This document shows positions 27,420-39,948 of a DNA stretch of 64,000 bases, piece by piece. Origin of the DNA: Ancylonema sp. (Eukaryota). Positions within the stretch are counted from its first letter, which is position 1, and each line of letters starts with the position of its first letter. The notes beneath the pieces were generated by a model that was given only the letters and a program-made list of their open reading frames with translations, made no database searches and had not been told where the DNA came from. Position numbers and translations under genes: made by a program. The stretch covers positions 1 to 64,000 of the forward strand of contig JBFLGF010000054.1 of NCBI GenBank assembly GCA_050230475.1, in the 5' to 3' direction.

Positions 27420-29847
27420 ATGGATATTCAGCGCATGTCTATACAGCGATTTTTCTCTTCCAGCACAAATGCCATTCACCGTTCACAAGATCATCTGTCG
27501 TGCGAATGGCTGCCACCCCGTACTTCTCAGTTGACCGCCACTGACGGCTCGACTTGGCTCGGTTCCACCGGAGATTTTCGAAGAAATGATTCCGGCACTT
27601 GCTGCAGTCCGATAGATATTCGAACATGCCATGCAGGAGTAAAGGCGATTTCCTCTAGGGACTCCCTTGAACCTGCCAGAAGCAGTCGGCCGGCTGTTAT
27701 GACTAGTCCCTTCCCAGTTCTTGACGGCTGGAGGCAGCTCCGTGACGGGGAGGCAGAGGATGAGAAGCGGACGCAGGACTCCGAACATTTGGGAAAGTCC
27801 AGAAAGGCTTCCGCACCAGAGACACGTTCAGAGAAGGTTGTCAAAGTGGCCGTGGTCGGCGCCGGTGTAAGTGGAATCGGCGCGTGTAAGATTCTGTCCG
27901 AAGCAGGCCTCCACGTGGACGTGTTTGAAGCGCGCGACCAGATTGGTGGCATCTGGTCCAGAACGTACGAATCCACGAGTCTTCAAACCCCTCGCACGGC
28001 ATACAAGTTCTCTGACTGGGACTGGCCCGAGGAAACCCCCATGAACCCCACGCACCGACAAGTGATGGAATACCTTCGCTCCTACATTCAGCACTTCCGA
28101 TTGGGCCCCAGGATTTCGGTAAACACGAGGGTAGCTGAAATGCGACGGGATGGAACCGGGCGTGGATGGCAATTGCGGGTTCAGCAACGAAACGGATCAG
28201 GGGAGGAGGAGAACACTTCTGTGCAGGAAACGGTACACTCCGCCCCCCCGTATATGACTGTTGTACACACCTGGCAGTTCTGACCAGGTGCCCCCCGTGT
28301 CCTGCAGTGGCGCAACTACGACTACGTGGTGATGTGCAGCGGCAGCTTCGGCGACATCCCCAACCTGCCCACCGGTTACCCGCCGGGTCAGGGTCCCGAA
28401 GTGTTCCAGGGCCAACTCCTCCACTCCCTGGACTACTCGGGTCTGAGCCCAGGGGAGAGCTGGTCCCTGCTCCAGGGCAAGCGGGTGGTGGTGGTTGGGT
28501 TCCAGAAGACCGCCATCGACGTCACCCTGGAGGCTGCAGAGGCCAACCGCGGCGAGGGTGCCCCCCCCACCACGCTGCTGTTCCGACAGCCCCACTGGGT
28601 GGTCCCCCCCAACCTGCGCCTGCTGGGGGTGCTCCCCATGAAGAACCTCCTGTTCACACGAGCAGCAGAGTTTTGGTACCCAAGACCCAATCAGAACCTC
28701 CTGCACACCCTCCTGCAGACACTCATGCCAATGGTAAGGGGGAGCGGGGGGAGGTTGGACCAATCGCAGATAACCCCAACCTCCCTGTTGTCTAACCCCA
28801 CCCTCCCCAACCCTCCCAGCGTCAGTTGATGAGTGCTGTGGTGGAGGCCCACCTGCGCCACCTGTTCCCCCTCCGCACCCACAACCTCCTCCCCTCCCAC
28901 TCCTTTTTGGACGACCTCTCCGCCTGCATCCTCCCCCAGATGCCACCCAAATTCTTCCCCCTCGTAGAACAAGGCCGCATCCGCCTCTGCCGCTCCCCCA
29001 CCTGGGGCTTCACCCCAACCGGGCTGCGCCTCAGCGGCGGGCAGGAGGTGGGGGCGGACTGTGTGGTGCTGTGCACGGGGTACGACGGAATGGCAAAACT
29101 GAAAAGCATTTTGCCGAAGGAGTACGGGCAGCAGCTGTGTCTCAACGGCAAAAGCATGTACTTGTATCGGTGCGTGGGCCCCACTCAACCCCACCCCACC
29201 CATTCCTTTTTCGAGAGCATGTGGAAGAGATAGTCTGAAGCGTAGATGGGTCCGCAATGTGTGGGTTCTGCATGATATAACTCTCACTCCTTCCCCCCCC
29301 CTAATAAAATATAAATAATATGTACTATCACTATGGTTTTTTGGTGTTTTCAATACGTTTTTATTTTATTCGCCATTGATGTGCGGCAGTTTTCCAAGCA
29401 GTGCGTGCAGGACTAACTGTGCTCTACATTGTCTGTGGTGATGTGAGCAGGGGAATGGTCCACCCCCGTGTGCCAGATGTCGCTTTCCTGGGCTTCCACG
29501 AGGGCCTCTCCAGCATGCACAGCGCAGAGATGGGGGCCAGATGGGTGGCCAAACTTCTTAAGGGAACCTTCCAGCTCCCCCCCCAGGAGGTGATGGAGAA
29601 GGATTGTGTCGACTGGTGGGCCTTGAAGCAATCCTCGACCCCGTTTGCCTCGCGGATATCGTGCATTGCGCCCATTCAGAGCTACCATTTTGACCACTTG
29701 TGTCGAGACATGGGGTGGGCGGTGATGAGGAAACCGAGTCTTTGGGAACACTGGTTTGGGGTGTATGGGGCAGGGGACTATCGGGAAAAGGAAGGGGAGG
29801 GGGTCCTCAATGACAAGAAAGGAGAGGTGGTACAATTTGTGGAGTAG
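27420..29847 (+). CDS. Flavin-containing monooxygenase, plant clade-I (FMO1-like), 4 exons
   Basis: Exons 27420(or 27699)-28232, 28308-28733, 28820-29169, 29451-29847; GT-AG, in frame. FAD motif VAVVGAGVSG, FEARDQIGGIW, FMO signature FQGQLLHSLDY, NADPH-site variant VVVVGFQKTAID, DCVVLCTGY, LYRGMVHPRVPDVAFLG. Confidence 0.92.
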
Positions 29848-32092
29848 TGTCTGAGTACCGTGTATTGTGCTCAAGGTATAAGGAGGGTAGGGACACCCAT
29901 TCATTCGTGGATTTGAATGGGTGATGATAGGTAGACTAGCTTCGGATCGCAGAGGTGTTTTGAATTGTGATATGTTGTGCAAGTGTACGGTGAGGGATGA
30001 TGGACCAATCCCACCTCAAGCGTACATTGCACACCACTTAAATTCTTTCATCCTTAGTGGAAGCAATCAAACAAAATCCAATGTACATATACAGTAGTTG
30101 AACTTGCTTTTCATGCGGTCAATTCTTGACATTGAGAGCGCCTCCTGCGCATTTATTCAATATTTCTTGTTTCTATGAAGTTTCCGAAAGTCCCGAAGTT
30201 TCCGATCGGGGGTAATTGTAACGTTTGATGTTGGATGTTTGAATTCTTTCTTTGTCCCGGACCCAAACAAGAACCCAATTACGACTAGTATTTTTTCTCG
30301 TAATATCGTGTGATGGTGTTTAGTAACCGTGCATACGCTCGTGTATGTCGACTAGAGTACGTATTATGCTACGATTAGTATGGCCCCATAAAGATCTTGG
30401 TACGGTTTTATGGAAATGCCATATTAGTTTGTGGAGGGTGAAACGCATGGTGGAAGTATGTGGTCTTTAACTTTGCGTATGATCTGAATGATGGGTTAGC
30501 ATACCGTAATGGCCCGGGTTAAAAAAAAACGGATTATTTAGCTAAGAAACCACCACTTGACCCTACCCGCGCACCCAATAGAAAATTTCCCAAAATCCTG
30601 AAAAATATTCATTATCTGGTGACCCACATTATGGAATGACCCACTTTTTTAAAAAACAAAACAAAATTAATTTGACCCAACCCACCCTTTTCATAGTTAT
30701 TTGCGGGGAATTATGTGTGGCCAGTACGGTAGTGATAGGAAGGTTATGAAAGTCGTGGTACCCCTTGCACTTCACCTCTCAATAAAAAGGCGAAAACACT
30801 TGGAAACAATGAAGACATACTGACGATTTTGATGAGTATCCACCTCCGCAATATTCGGGATCCCTTCTATTGATAATTGCGCCGCAGAGTTAAGTAATTC
30901 GGGTAAGGTTATGCAAATTCAAAATCCTCAAAAGCCCTATTTCGAGACTCTTTAAGATATCTACAATAATACGTGCCGAATGTTGAACTGCAGGCAAGAT
31001 TCCGTAAAAAATGAAATGCTATATTTGAAAACCCTTGAAATTGATCCTCTTCAGGAGTATTAAATTGCTATCGTTGAAAACTCTTGAATTGCTATATATC
31101 CTATGAAATTATTTAAAACCCAAATACACACTTTAGGGAACAATAGTAACCCCATAGTTGCCTGCAACTATGGGCCCCCCGGTCCCTGCAACTTGCAGGG
31201 ACCGGCAGACTGGGGTTCCGAGGTCCAGACCCCGGTTCCGAACCGGGGTCCGTCCTTTTAGACCAAAATGCCAGACCGGCGGTAGTAAGATACTTCCGGT
31301 TTTTATTTCGGGATTTGGAAAGGTTTGCCGTGGATTCCGAAATCTTCTCTACACGCCCCCTTCCATCCCATTCACATTACAATACTAAATTGTTCAAATA
31401 TAAAACATTCAATAAAAATATTTGCAAAAAGCAAGCCGAGGACAATCGATTTGGCGGATACCAGACCACAATTTAATCTTGGGCAATGGAGGTACAACCA
31501 CATGTGTATTTTGATTAGAAAAACGAAGAAAATCCATTTTATATGGTTGACCCACTATGCCGGATTTCGGAGTGCATGGCGTGACCCACCCTAAAGAAAA
31601 GGATAAATTCACTCGACCCGACCTGCCCTTTCAATAACTATTTGTGGGCATTGTGTATGGCCAGTACGGTATGATTGTAACCACCATGACTTGCTTGATA
31701 AAAATGACATTACATACCGAATGTAAATACCCCAAATATTGTGAACCACCAAGAAATAAATAGGTCATGACGCTGAGATCGCTCATTGCAATCCGACGCT
31801 CAAATGTTGTATAAACTAAAGAGGGGCCCTCTACCCCCAACAAACATAATAAATAACAGTATCATCCAGCCCTACACTTCGGAAAAAAGACTCGAACAAA
31901 AACATACTCGGAACCCAAAAAAGTGGCCGCCAGCAAAGGAGGCGACTAATGACAACAGACAAAGCCCACCCCCCTCAACCTCACGACCTACAAAACCCAA
32001 CCACCTCCACAACGGCATAGCCATCTTCTGCCGTCTGAAAAAAAAAACCGTTCCCTCCTCCTTCTCAAACCCTACTCCCTTCCCCCTCCCCT

Positions 32093-35000
32093 CTACATAA
32101 CTTTACACTTCTCCGGAATGGTGATGTCCCCCACCCCCGAAGAGCTCGCCACCTCCGCCCCCGCCCCCCCCCCCTGGGGCGGCGCAAACGTGATGGTCAT
32201 ACTGGAGGTGGACACCCGGTGCATCCAATGGCCCATCTTGCCCCACGACTCGGGGAGTCCGCTGCATCCCTTGATCTGAAGATCCGACAGCGCAGGAAGG
32301 TCGCCCAAACACTCTACGGACGTGAGGCCCACGTCGTGGATCTCCAGTTTCTGCAGGCTGCCCAGGTGGCCGAAGGAGGGGGGGAGCTCGGTGAGGGCGG
32401 GAAGAGCCCGCAGCTTCAGGTTGTCCAGAAGAACGAGGCCCCCGAAGTTGGGGGGGAGGGTGGCGAGGGGGGTGCAGTGCTCCAACCGCAGGGTCTGGAG
32501 CCCGGACAGGTGGCCGAAGGTGGGGGGCAGGGAGGGGATCTGGGTGGAGTGGAGGGTGAGGTTGTTCAGCGACCCCAGCTGCCCGAAATTGTCAGGCAGG
32601 GAGGTCAAGGGGGTGCCCTTGATGGTTAGCGAGTAGAGACTGCTCATCGACCCAAACGATTCCGGTAGGGCGGTTAACGAGCTGCACTCCCGGATGCGCA
32701 GGGTGTGGAGGTTGGTTAACCGGCCCAGGGACAGGGGGACGGAGCTGAGACTGGAGCAGTCCAGGACCTCCAGGGACTGCAGGGCGGTTAAGTCCCCGAA
32801 CGTGTGTGGGAGCTGTCGTAGGTTATCGCACCACTGGATTTTGATGAAGCGGAGGGAATGCAGGTCGCCCAGGGAGGGGGGGAGGGTCTCTAACTTGTCC
32901 CCGGACTCGATCTCCAGGGCGGTTAACCGTTTGAGGTGCCCGATGTCTGCCGGCAGGGAGTCCAGGGCGCCCACCCCCGCCAGGACCAGGGAATTGAGGG
33001 AGGTGAGGGTGCTGGTGGAGGTTGGGAGGGCCTCCAGCCCCCTCAGGCGCAGGTTCAGCTGCTCCAGGGACTGCAGCTGGCCGAAGTTGGGGGGGAGGGT
33101 GGCGAGCTGGCCGCAGTCCACCACCTCCAGGGTGGTCAAACTCTTCAGGTCACCGAAATTGGGGGGCAAGAACTCGAGCGCCTTGCAGTTGATGATGCGC
33201 AGCTTCTGGAGGGAGGAGAGCTGCCCGAAATTTTCGGGCAGCTCGAACAAAGCGGCGCATTGCCACAACTCCAGCAGGCGCAGGGAGGCCAGCCGCCCAA
33301 AGGAGGCAGGGAGGCGGGCCAGGCGGGAGCAGTGGAGGAGGAGGAGGGTGCGGAGGTTGGGCAGTTTTCCCAGGGATTCTGGGAGGCGCTCCAGTAGGTT
33401 GCTGTCCTTTATGATGAGGGTGTGGAGGTGGGTGAGGTGGCCCAGGGACAGGGGGATTTCCGCCACCTGGGCGCATTTGGACAGCTGCAGAGGACGAAGA
33501 AGAAGAAAAAGGAGAAGAAGGAGAAGAAGGAGAAGAAGATGAAGAAGGAGAAGATGATGAAGATGAAGAAGGTGAAGAAGATGAAGATGAAGAAGAAGAT
33601 GAAGATGAAGATGAAGAAGAAGATAAAGAAAAGGAATTAATAATTATAAGGCTAAAAAAAAAAAAAAAAAAAAGGGTGAAAGTAAACGCCCCCAGAAGAC
33701 AAATCACGAAAAAAACAACAACCCCCCCCCAAAAAGAACCCCCCCACCTCCCTCCCTCCCTCTCCCCCCCCCCCTATCCCTCCCCCCCTCCTCACCTCCA
33801 GGTGCTCCAGGGCGGACCATCGCCCAATGTCGCTGGGCAGCAGCTGTAGCGCGCTACAGGTGAGTAGCCGCAAGCGCTGCAGGGAGGAGAGCGAGAGGGT
33901 GGAGGGCGGGAGGAACTTGAGGTCGCGACACATCTTCAGTTCGAGGGACTTGAGGTGGGACAGCTCCCCAAACCAATCCGGGAGGGAGGTGAGGTGGGGA
34001 CAGGTGGCGGAGAGGGAGAGGAGGGTGGTGATGTGGAAGAAATCGATGGGGAATTCCCCATACCCCCACCCCCGCTCCAGGTGCTGCAGGGTGGGGAAGG
34101 TGTCTTCGGAGGCGGGCAGCTGGCCTAGTGCCTGGAACCCTACGAGGCGGAGGGAGGTGAGGGCGGACAGATGGTGGAAGGGGTCGGGGAGCTGCACTAC
34201 CTTCTCGCAGTTGGAAACTTCCAGGAACTGAAGGTTCCTCAGCTTGCCCAGCGCCGCGGGCAGGGAGGCGAGGGTGGTGCACTGGCTGATCCGCAGGCGC
34301 TGCAGGCGGAGGAGGTACCCGATGCTCTCCGGGATGGCCACCAGGCCGCGGATCTCAACCAGGTTCAGGGTACGAAGCTGGCGCAGCTCACCCAGCGACT
34401 CCGGCACGTTCTTCATGCGGCGGCACGACTCCAAGTCCAGCAGCTGGTGCCACGTGGACAACCACGGGACAGGGTCAGCACCAATCTCCCATCCCCTCGT
34501 TTCCGGGCAACTACCAGATAGGCTTCAGGTTTCAGGGTTCAAGATTCAGGTTTCAGGTGTCAGGTTTCAGGTTTCAGGTTTCAGGTTTCAGGTCTCAGGT
34601 CTCAGGTTCAGCGTCTGTGTGTGACTCAAGTTCCCACTTCCCTATCTGTATCTGACCATAGGAATGTAGGAGGATACCCTTGAGCATATAAGAACACGAG
34701 TACACAAGTGTATGAACCTACGAGTACATGCAGATCCGAGTTTCTGAGAATGCGGGTATATAAATATAAATATCCAGGTCCATTTGTGTATGACTACATA
34801 CATGTGAGGGGTCTGACCTGGAGGTTGATGAGGCAGCCCATTGAGCCCGGCAGCCCGGCGACTTGGTCGGAAAGGACGCGTAGCTCCGTGAGAGACGTGA
34901 GGCATCCGAGCGCCTGCGGGAGCGACTGCGGCTCGCTTTTGTGTCCTTGCTGCTTAAGGGCGGCGGGGCTGGTGGTGAGGATGAGAGACTGGAGCTGGGT

Positions 35001-35525
35001 GCAGGTTTGGCCGAGCGCCCCGAAGAAGGCGTTTGTGCAGGCGGAGGTTGGGATCTCGAGGGAGTGGAGGTTGGGGAAGCGCTGGATGAGACTGACCGCG
35101 CCGCCGCGCCCCTGGTAGGCCACCACGTCCGTGAGGCGGACGACGGATAGGCCGTCGTCGGCTAAGCGCGCCCACCGCTTGCACACGTGCGTACACGTCA
35201 GCCAGTCCTTGATGACGCGGAGACGCGACATGATTGCGACAACGCATTCGTCAGGCAAGTCTGCGAAGCCGACGGGGGGGTTTTCGTTCACGGCTGGGGC
35301 CTGGATCAGGCTTGGCACGCGCGACATAGGGGATGGTCGTGCCACGTGCGGCATGTAGAAGTGGGGCGGCACATTGTTTGGACTACTCATGCGACTGCTC
35401 TGGGGGGAAGAGCTGCTGCTGTCACTGTGCTGGCGCCGAAGTTCACTACTGCTGCCAAACCGAATTTCGGAGCCAATTCGGCTGTCTGAAACCCGAAGGT
35501 CGATTTCTTGGTCGCAACCGTCCAT
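32093..35525 (-). CDS. F-box-like domain plus long 24-aa LRR array with C-terminal CaaX-like motif, ~915 aa, 3 exons
   Basis: Exons 35525-34818, 34443-33796, 33484-32093 (phase-0 GT-AG introns, 2748 nt). F-box-like FADLPDECVVAIMSRLRVIKDWLTCTHVCKRW, then roughly 25-30 repeats of LPxxFGxLxxLxxLxLxxCxxLxx; ends KCKVM-stop. Confidence 0.88.
33497..33630. repeat. (GAA/GAT/GAG)n trinucleotide repeat in intron 2 of the LRR gene
   Basis: Forms the pyrimidine tract next to the minus-strand acceptor at 33485-33486. Confidence 0.9.
34524..34610. repeat. 7-mer tandem repeat (TTCAGGT)n in intron 1 of the LRR gene
   Basis: About 12 imperfect copies of TTCAGGT/TTCAGGG/CTCAGGT. Confidence 0.85.
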
Positions 35526-35823
35526 TGTAATGAGCTCTCTCTGGTACTGCAGCTGACACTTGTCAGCAACCCAACTTCACTTGCGCCAGAGACGCTCGTG
35601 ACGGTGTTAACCAACAGACGCAGACGCTGACGCTATAGTTTCTGCATTACGCGTCTATGGCTCTCGAGCTACCGTACGCCTAAACTGTTTGGCAATGCGC
35701 GAACGACGGAATGTGCTCGGAAAATGTGTGCTCGTGTCATGCTGTATTTCACATTCATGACGATTTCCGGAGACATTGCAAAAATATGCTTCACGCATTT
35801 CTTGCGTGTCACTCATCTCGTGC

Positions 35824-36756
35824 AGGCCTTGCACTGGGAGTTCGAGGTTTTTCTTTTTCGGAACCGGTTCCGAGATGGAACCGTTTCGGAACCGGACGAA
35901 CCGGGTGATTTTTAGGGTTTTCCTCCTTCCCGCGGTATAACATTTTTTCCCTCCCAAAAAAAATACGCGGGGAAAATATATCGTTGTACATGCTCATGTT
36001 GGTGACTCCACGTCACTTTCAAACGCTAAATTTGTTAAATATTTCATCGGGAAAATATGGCGTAGCCATTGCAAGTTTTAATTTGCTTTCCTTCACGCCA
36101 TGGAAGGACGTGGTGCAGTTTCGTTGGCCAATAACACCAACCGCCCTTCCACTTTGGCACACACATCCGGCTTTGGAGATGCAAGAGATGTGGAAGGTAG
36201 AGGAGAAAAATAAAATAATAAAAATAGTAAAGAGCTTTAAGAGCACGACTTGAAAGAGAAAATACATGGAAGGTTGAAGCATATGTCAAATGCCATTAGA
36301 TTACGGGTAATAAAATCTTCTCGCAACATTTTCACATGGAAGTATAACACGGAAATGGGAATGAGTACGATTTGGAACGGAGATGAGCATAGGATTTTCA
36401 TAAAAGGATATAACCGTTTCATTTAACAACTTGTACATAAATAGAAACACAGTTTGCAGAGAATCGAGCAAAACATACAAATGCACACCAAAAATCATGA
36501 GGGTGTACTCATGCGGAACATCGTTTTGATTTTTTTACAATGGACTTCATTTGTTTGGTTTTTTTTTTGGATGGAGCATGACGAGCTACACAAAAAAACA
36601 CTATCTTTCGATTTTTCCCGTGCCATATGACCCCTCAAAATGGCGTCTAAGTAAAAAAAACCCTAAATCATCCGGTTCCGAACCGCGGCCACTTATGTCG
36701 GAACCGGTTCCATCTAAGATCCGGTTCGGAAACGGTTCGGAGTTCGTGCAACTATG
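35824..36756. mobile_element. hAT-like non-autonomous element directly upstream of the LRR gene; related inverted copy from 41769 and a lone end at 37623
   Basis: The right end ..GGAACCGGTTCCATCTAAGATCCGGTTCGGAAACGGTTCGGAGTTCGTGCAACTATG recurs as reverse complement at 37623 and 41769. Internal 36100-36650 is similar in reverse to about 41870-42400. GGAACCGG subterminal repeats at both ends. Confidence 0.75.
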
Positions 36757-38744
36757 GAGGCATCTATAATCACGGTGCGGTCACCTTAAACATCCATGTG
36801 CAAAATTGTAATTCAACGAATCGTCATTTTTTGACTAAAATAAATGTCGTCACAGAAAAAAAGTAGTTGTTGTATGTCACGTCGATAAATCACGTGCGAA
36901 ACATACTTCTAAGAACACTCTACCATTTGATGTCATTTTTCGTTTTCGCTACTTTATTGAGCAGTCATTTGTTTAAATGTATGCTCGCGTGAAGAACCAA
37001 CTACAAAACACGCAAGTCGGCACAAGTGTGAAGTTACACTCGAGCTTTGAACTTCGTATGTATAGTCCATGTATGATGCACTGCAAAATATGTAACTCTT
37101 GGGCCTCGTGTGTTTTGATGTTACATTTATTACGCTTTGGCAGCAAAAGTAACATTTCATGATGTAATATGAGATATAAAAATAAAATATTTGTAAAGTC
37201 ACATCGTAACTTCAAAAGATATCCAATGGTTTTTGGGATTTTTTTTCATATGACAAAGAACTACCCTAGATCTCCCTTATGTACACGTGTCCAGAAATCG
37301 ACAACTTCAACGGTTGGAGTCCTTCCGGGAGAAAATAACACCGAGTTACAATGTTGAGTATTCTTATGAGAGGATAAAAAAATCCTACGCGGTTTTCGAT
37401 TGATCGAAGTGATAACTGTGATCAAAGCTCACTTTAACCCCAAAATGAATCATGAATCATTGAGTACACTAGGGGGTTACTCTTCATAACAAGTTGATTA
37501 TCTTTGCCGGTTTTACGAGGCCTAAAATCCGACCCTAGTGCCATTCGTGTTTTGTTGTGGTGTAAATTGAGATCCCCGATGACAATAACAAATACAATTG
37601 TTACCACGCATAAGGGCTTGGTCATAGTTGCACGAACTCCAAACCGTTTCTGACCAGATCTTAGATGGAACCGGTTCCCCTCGAAGTAGCCAAAGTTCGG
37701 AATTCGTGACATTCTACTTTATGTACTTTACACTATAATACAACATATACCTCGAAAATGGGTCATATACCTCGAAAATGGGTCCACGTATGGGTATTGA
37801 AGAATATTTTGTAGGTGCACAGGGGGTTTGAAGTCAATTATACAATTGATCCACAAATGTAAATGCTTGTTTCCATGGCTTCCAAAAAGAAACTATCAAA
37901 AATGTACATCCCAACGGTGTGTATGCTTTTCGATTTATTGGCGTCTTTAAACTATCCTTACGCCAAGTTCCGCGAGTGTGCCAAACGCGATTGAGTCCTA
38001 CCATGATGGGTGGGCAATTGACGAACCTTCGGAGCAGGTCGGAGGCAAGTATGGGTCTTCCTCGTGAGACATAACAATGCAATGGGTTGTTTAAATTACA
38101 AAACTTTAATTAATTTCAAGAGCAGGAACAAATGATGGCCCTATTGATGGCGCAAATAATGTTCTTCTTGCATTGATCCAGACTATGTCGTTGACATGGG
38201 TGGTGTACGTGCATTTGGCATGTGAAGTACAAGGGCATAACAAGAACAACATGAAAGTTACATGTAGACTAGAGCATCTCGTTACCTATCCTACTCTAGC
38301 AATAGGTTTGATGCTATGAGTTAACCGTTTTGTGTGTGAATATTGATAGCTACGCTTGAATTCATTCTATGTAATAAAAACCACAACTATACACATAGAA
38401 TTGGATTCCTCCCTGTGTTATGACTACCAAGGTCTTCAAAGGACCCTTCAAAGGACCCTTCAAAGGAGTTAAGAAAACTTTTTATTTGTGTCAACAAATT
38501 TTCAATGGTGCGCAACTTACTTTCTGTTGAAGTTATGGGATACAATTCTCAGCCAGAAAAACTGCTCGAAATGTAAGATTTCATTATAAAAAAAGATTGG
38601 TGCAACTCTTTCATGCACATGCGCACATCGGTTAAAAACGACATGGAATTCGTTTTAGGAAATATTGTACAAGTCGAAGGAGGTCAACCGGACACCAAGA
38701 AGTCGGCAAAAATAGTTTTGTGAATGTAAGCTGCCCGTGCAAGC

Positions 38745-39948
38745 CTATAACTTCTCCTTCTCCTCTTTCACCTTCTCCACTGTTTTCTCCAAAGTTTCTG
38801 ATGCTGCATCTGTGGCGGAATCCATGCCACTCTTCACTTCCGACTCGAACTCCTTCGCAGCCTGGCATGACACATGGCATGACACGTGGCATGACACAAA
38901 TATGTGAAAAAATAACATTTTTCCATGCAAAAGACGTTGCGCAAGTTCTCGAAGGTTAACACGTGGACTATTCAATTATGAAGAGACAAAGAGACGTCCA
39001 TAGCACGTGCAAACAAGTAATGGAAAAACACGTGCACATTTGCCACGATATTTTCCACTTGATTATGAATAACATCTTGTGCTTTTCCGAGGTCTTGCTG
39101 AAACTTCTTTCAACTCAGGTTGTTCTCCCTCGCCACTAAAACATATTAAACTAATCTACAGAAAGTGACAGAGTTTTTACAGCATACAGACATAAAGATA
39201 AGAAGCTCAGCTGGGCGTACTGACCACAAATACTGGGCAAGAACCCTGAAAAACCCGTTCAACTGATCGCAACCGGTTGGTAAATCACCTGCTGGAAGCT
39301 TTTCACAGTCTTTCCAAGGCTCTTTCCAATCTCTGGCAATTGCTTCGGTCCAAATAGAACCGCTGCTACGGCTGCTATAACAGCAATCTCGGGAACTCCC
39401 AGCCCGAACAAACCACAAACGACCGGCCGGGCTTGTCTTCCTACTCTTTGTACGCTCACGTGGCTCCTTCCTAAAACACCGTGGCGGCCGCAGGATTCGA
39501 AGGGACTGCTTTTATCCAGAAACGAAGCTGAAATAAAAAAGTTGAAACAGTGAGGGGCCAGGCGTTTTTTTATCGCCGTGAAGAGCGAGTTGACCGCTAG
39601 TAGTGGTTGGTGATACTGTTTGGCCCATAAACTGGGCCAAAGGGACACAAAATATTTGGGCCAAAGGAACGAGTAATATTTCTCTTCCGTTGCGACTGAT
39701 AACACCAGAACTCAGCTTGATGCACGGAAGAATCTTATGACTCAATTTTGTAGCATGCAGACCACCAATTCAGTCGACTTAAAGCATCTTAAGTAAACGG
39801 CGTTTCCACACATCCAAGTCCCCATACCTGAAACGACGCGTTTGCGGTTCGGAGCTACCTGGCTGCACCTAGCTACCTGTGGCCTAGAAGCAGCCGAAAG
39901 TGAGACTTTTGTCTGCGATACGCAGCTCATTACCCCTGTTTGCGTCAT
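38745..39948 (-). CDS. tatA: Chloroplast twin-arginine translocase subunit TatA/Tha4 precursor, ~158 aa, 3 exons
   Basis: Exons 39948-39828, 39527-39289, 38861-38745 (477 nt, GT-AG). Ser/Arg-rich transit peptide, then CGLFGLGVPEIAVIAAVAAVLFGPKQLPEIGKSLGKTVKSFQQ|AAKEFESEVK. Confidence 0.95.

Noticed and set aside
32219..34624. Plus-strand Arg/Gly-rich ORFs
   Set aside because: Antisense shadows of the GC-rich LRR gene.
32093..35525. Calling the LRR gene a true NLR resistance gene
   Set aside because: No P-loop/NB-ARC, TIR or CC domain in the spliced model.
37830..38300. Possible transposase or peptidase remnant
   Set aside because: Only vague motif resemblance with many stops; not supportable without a search.
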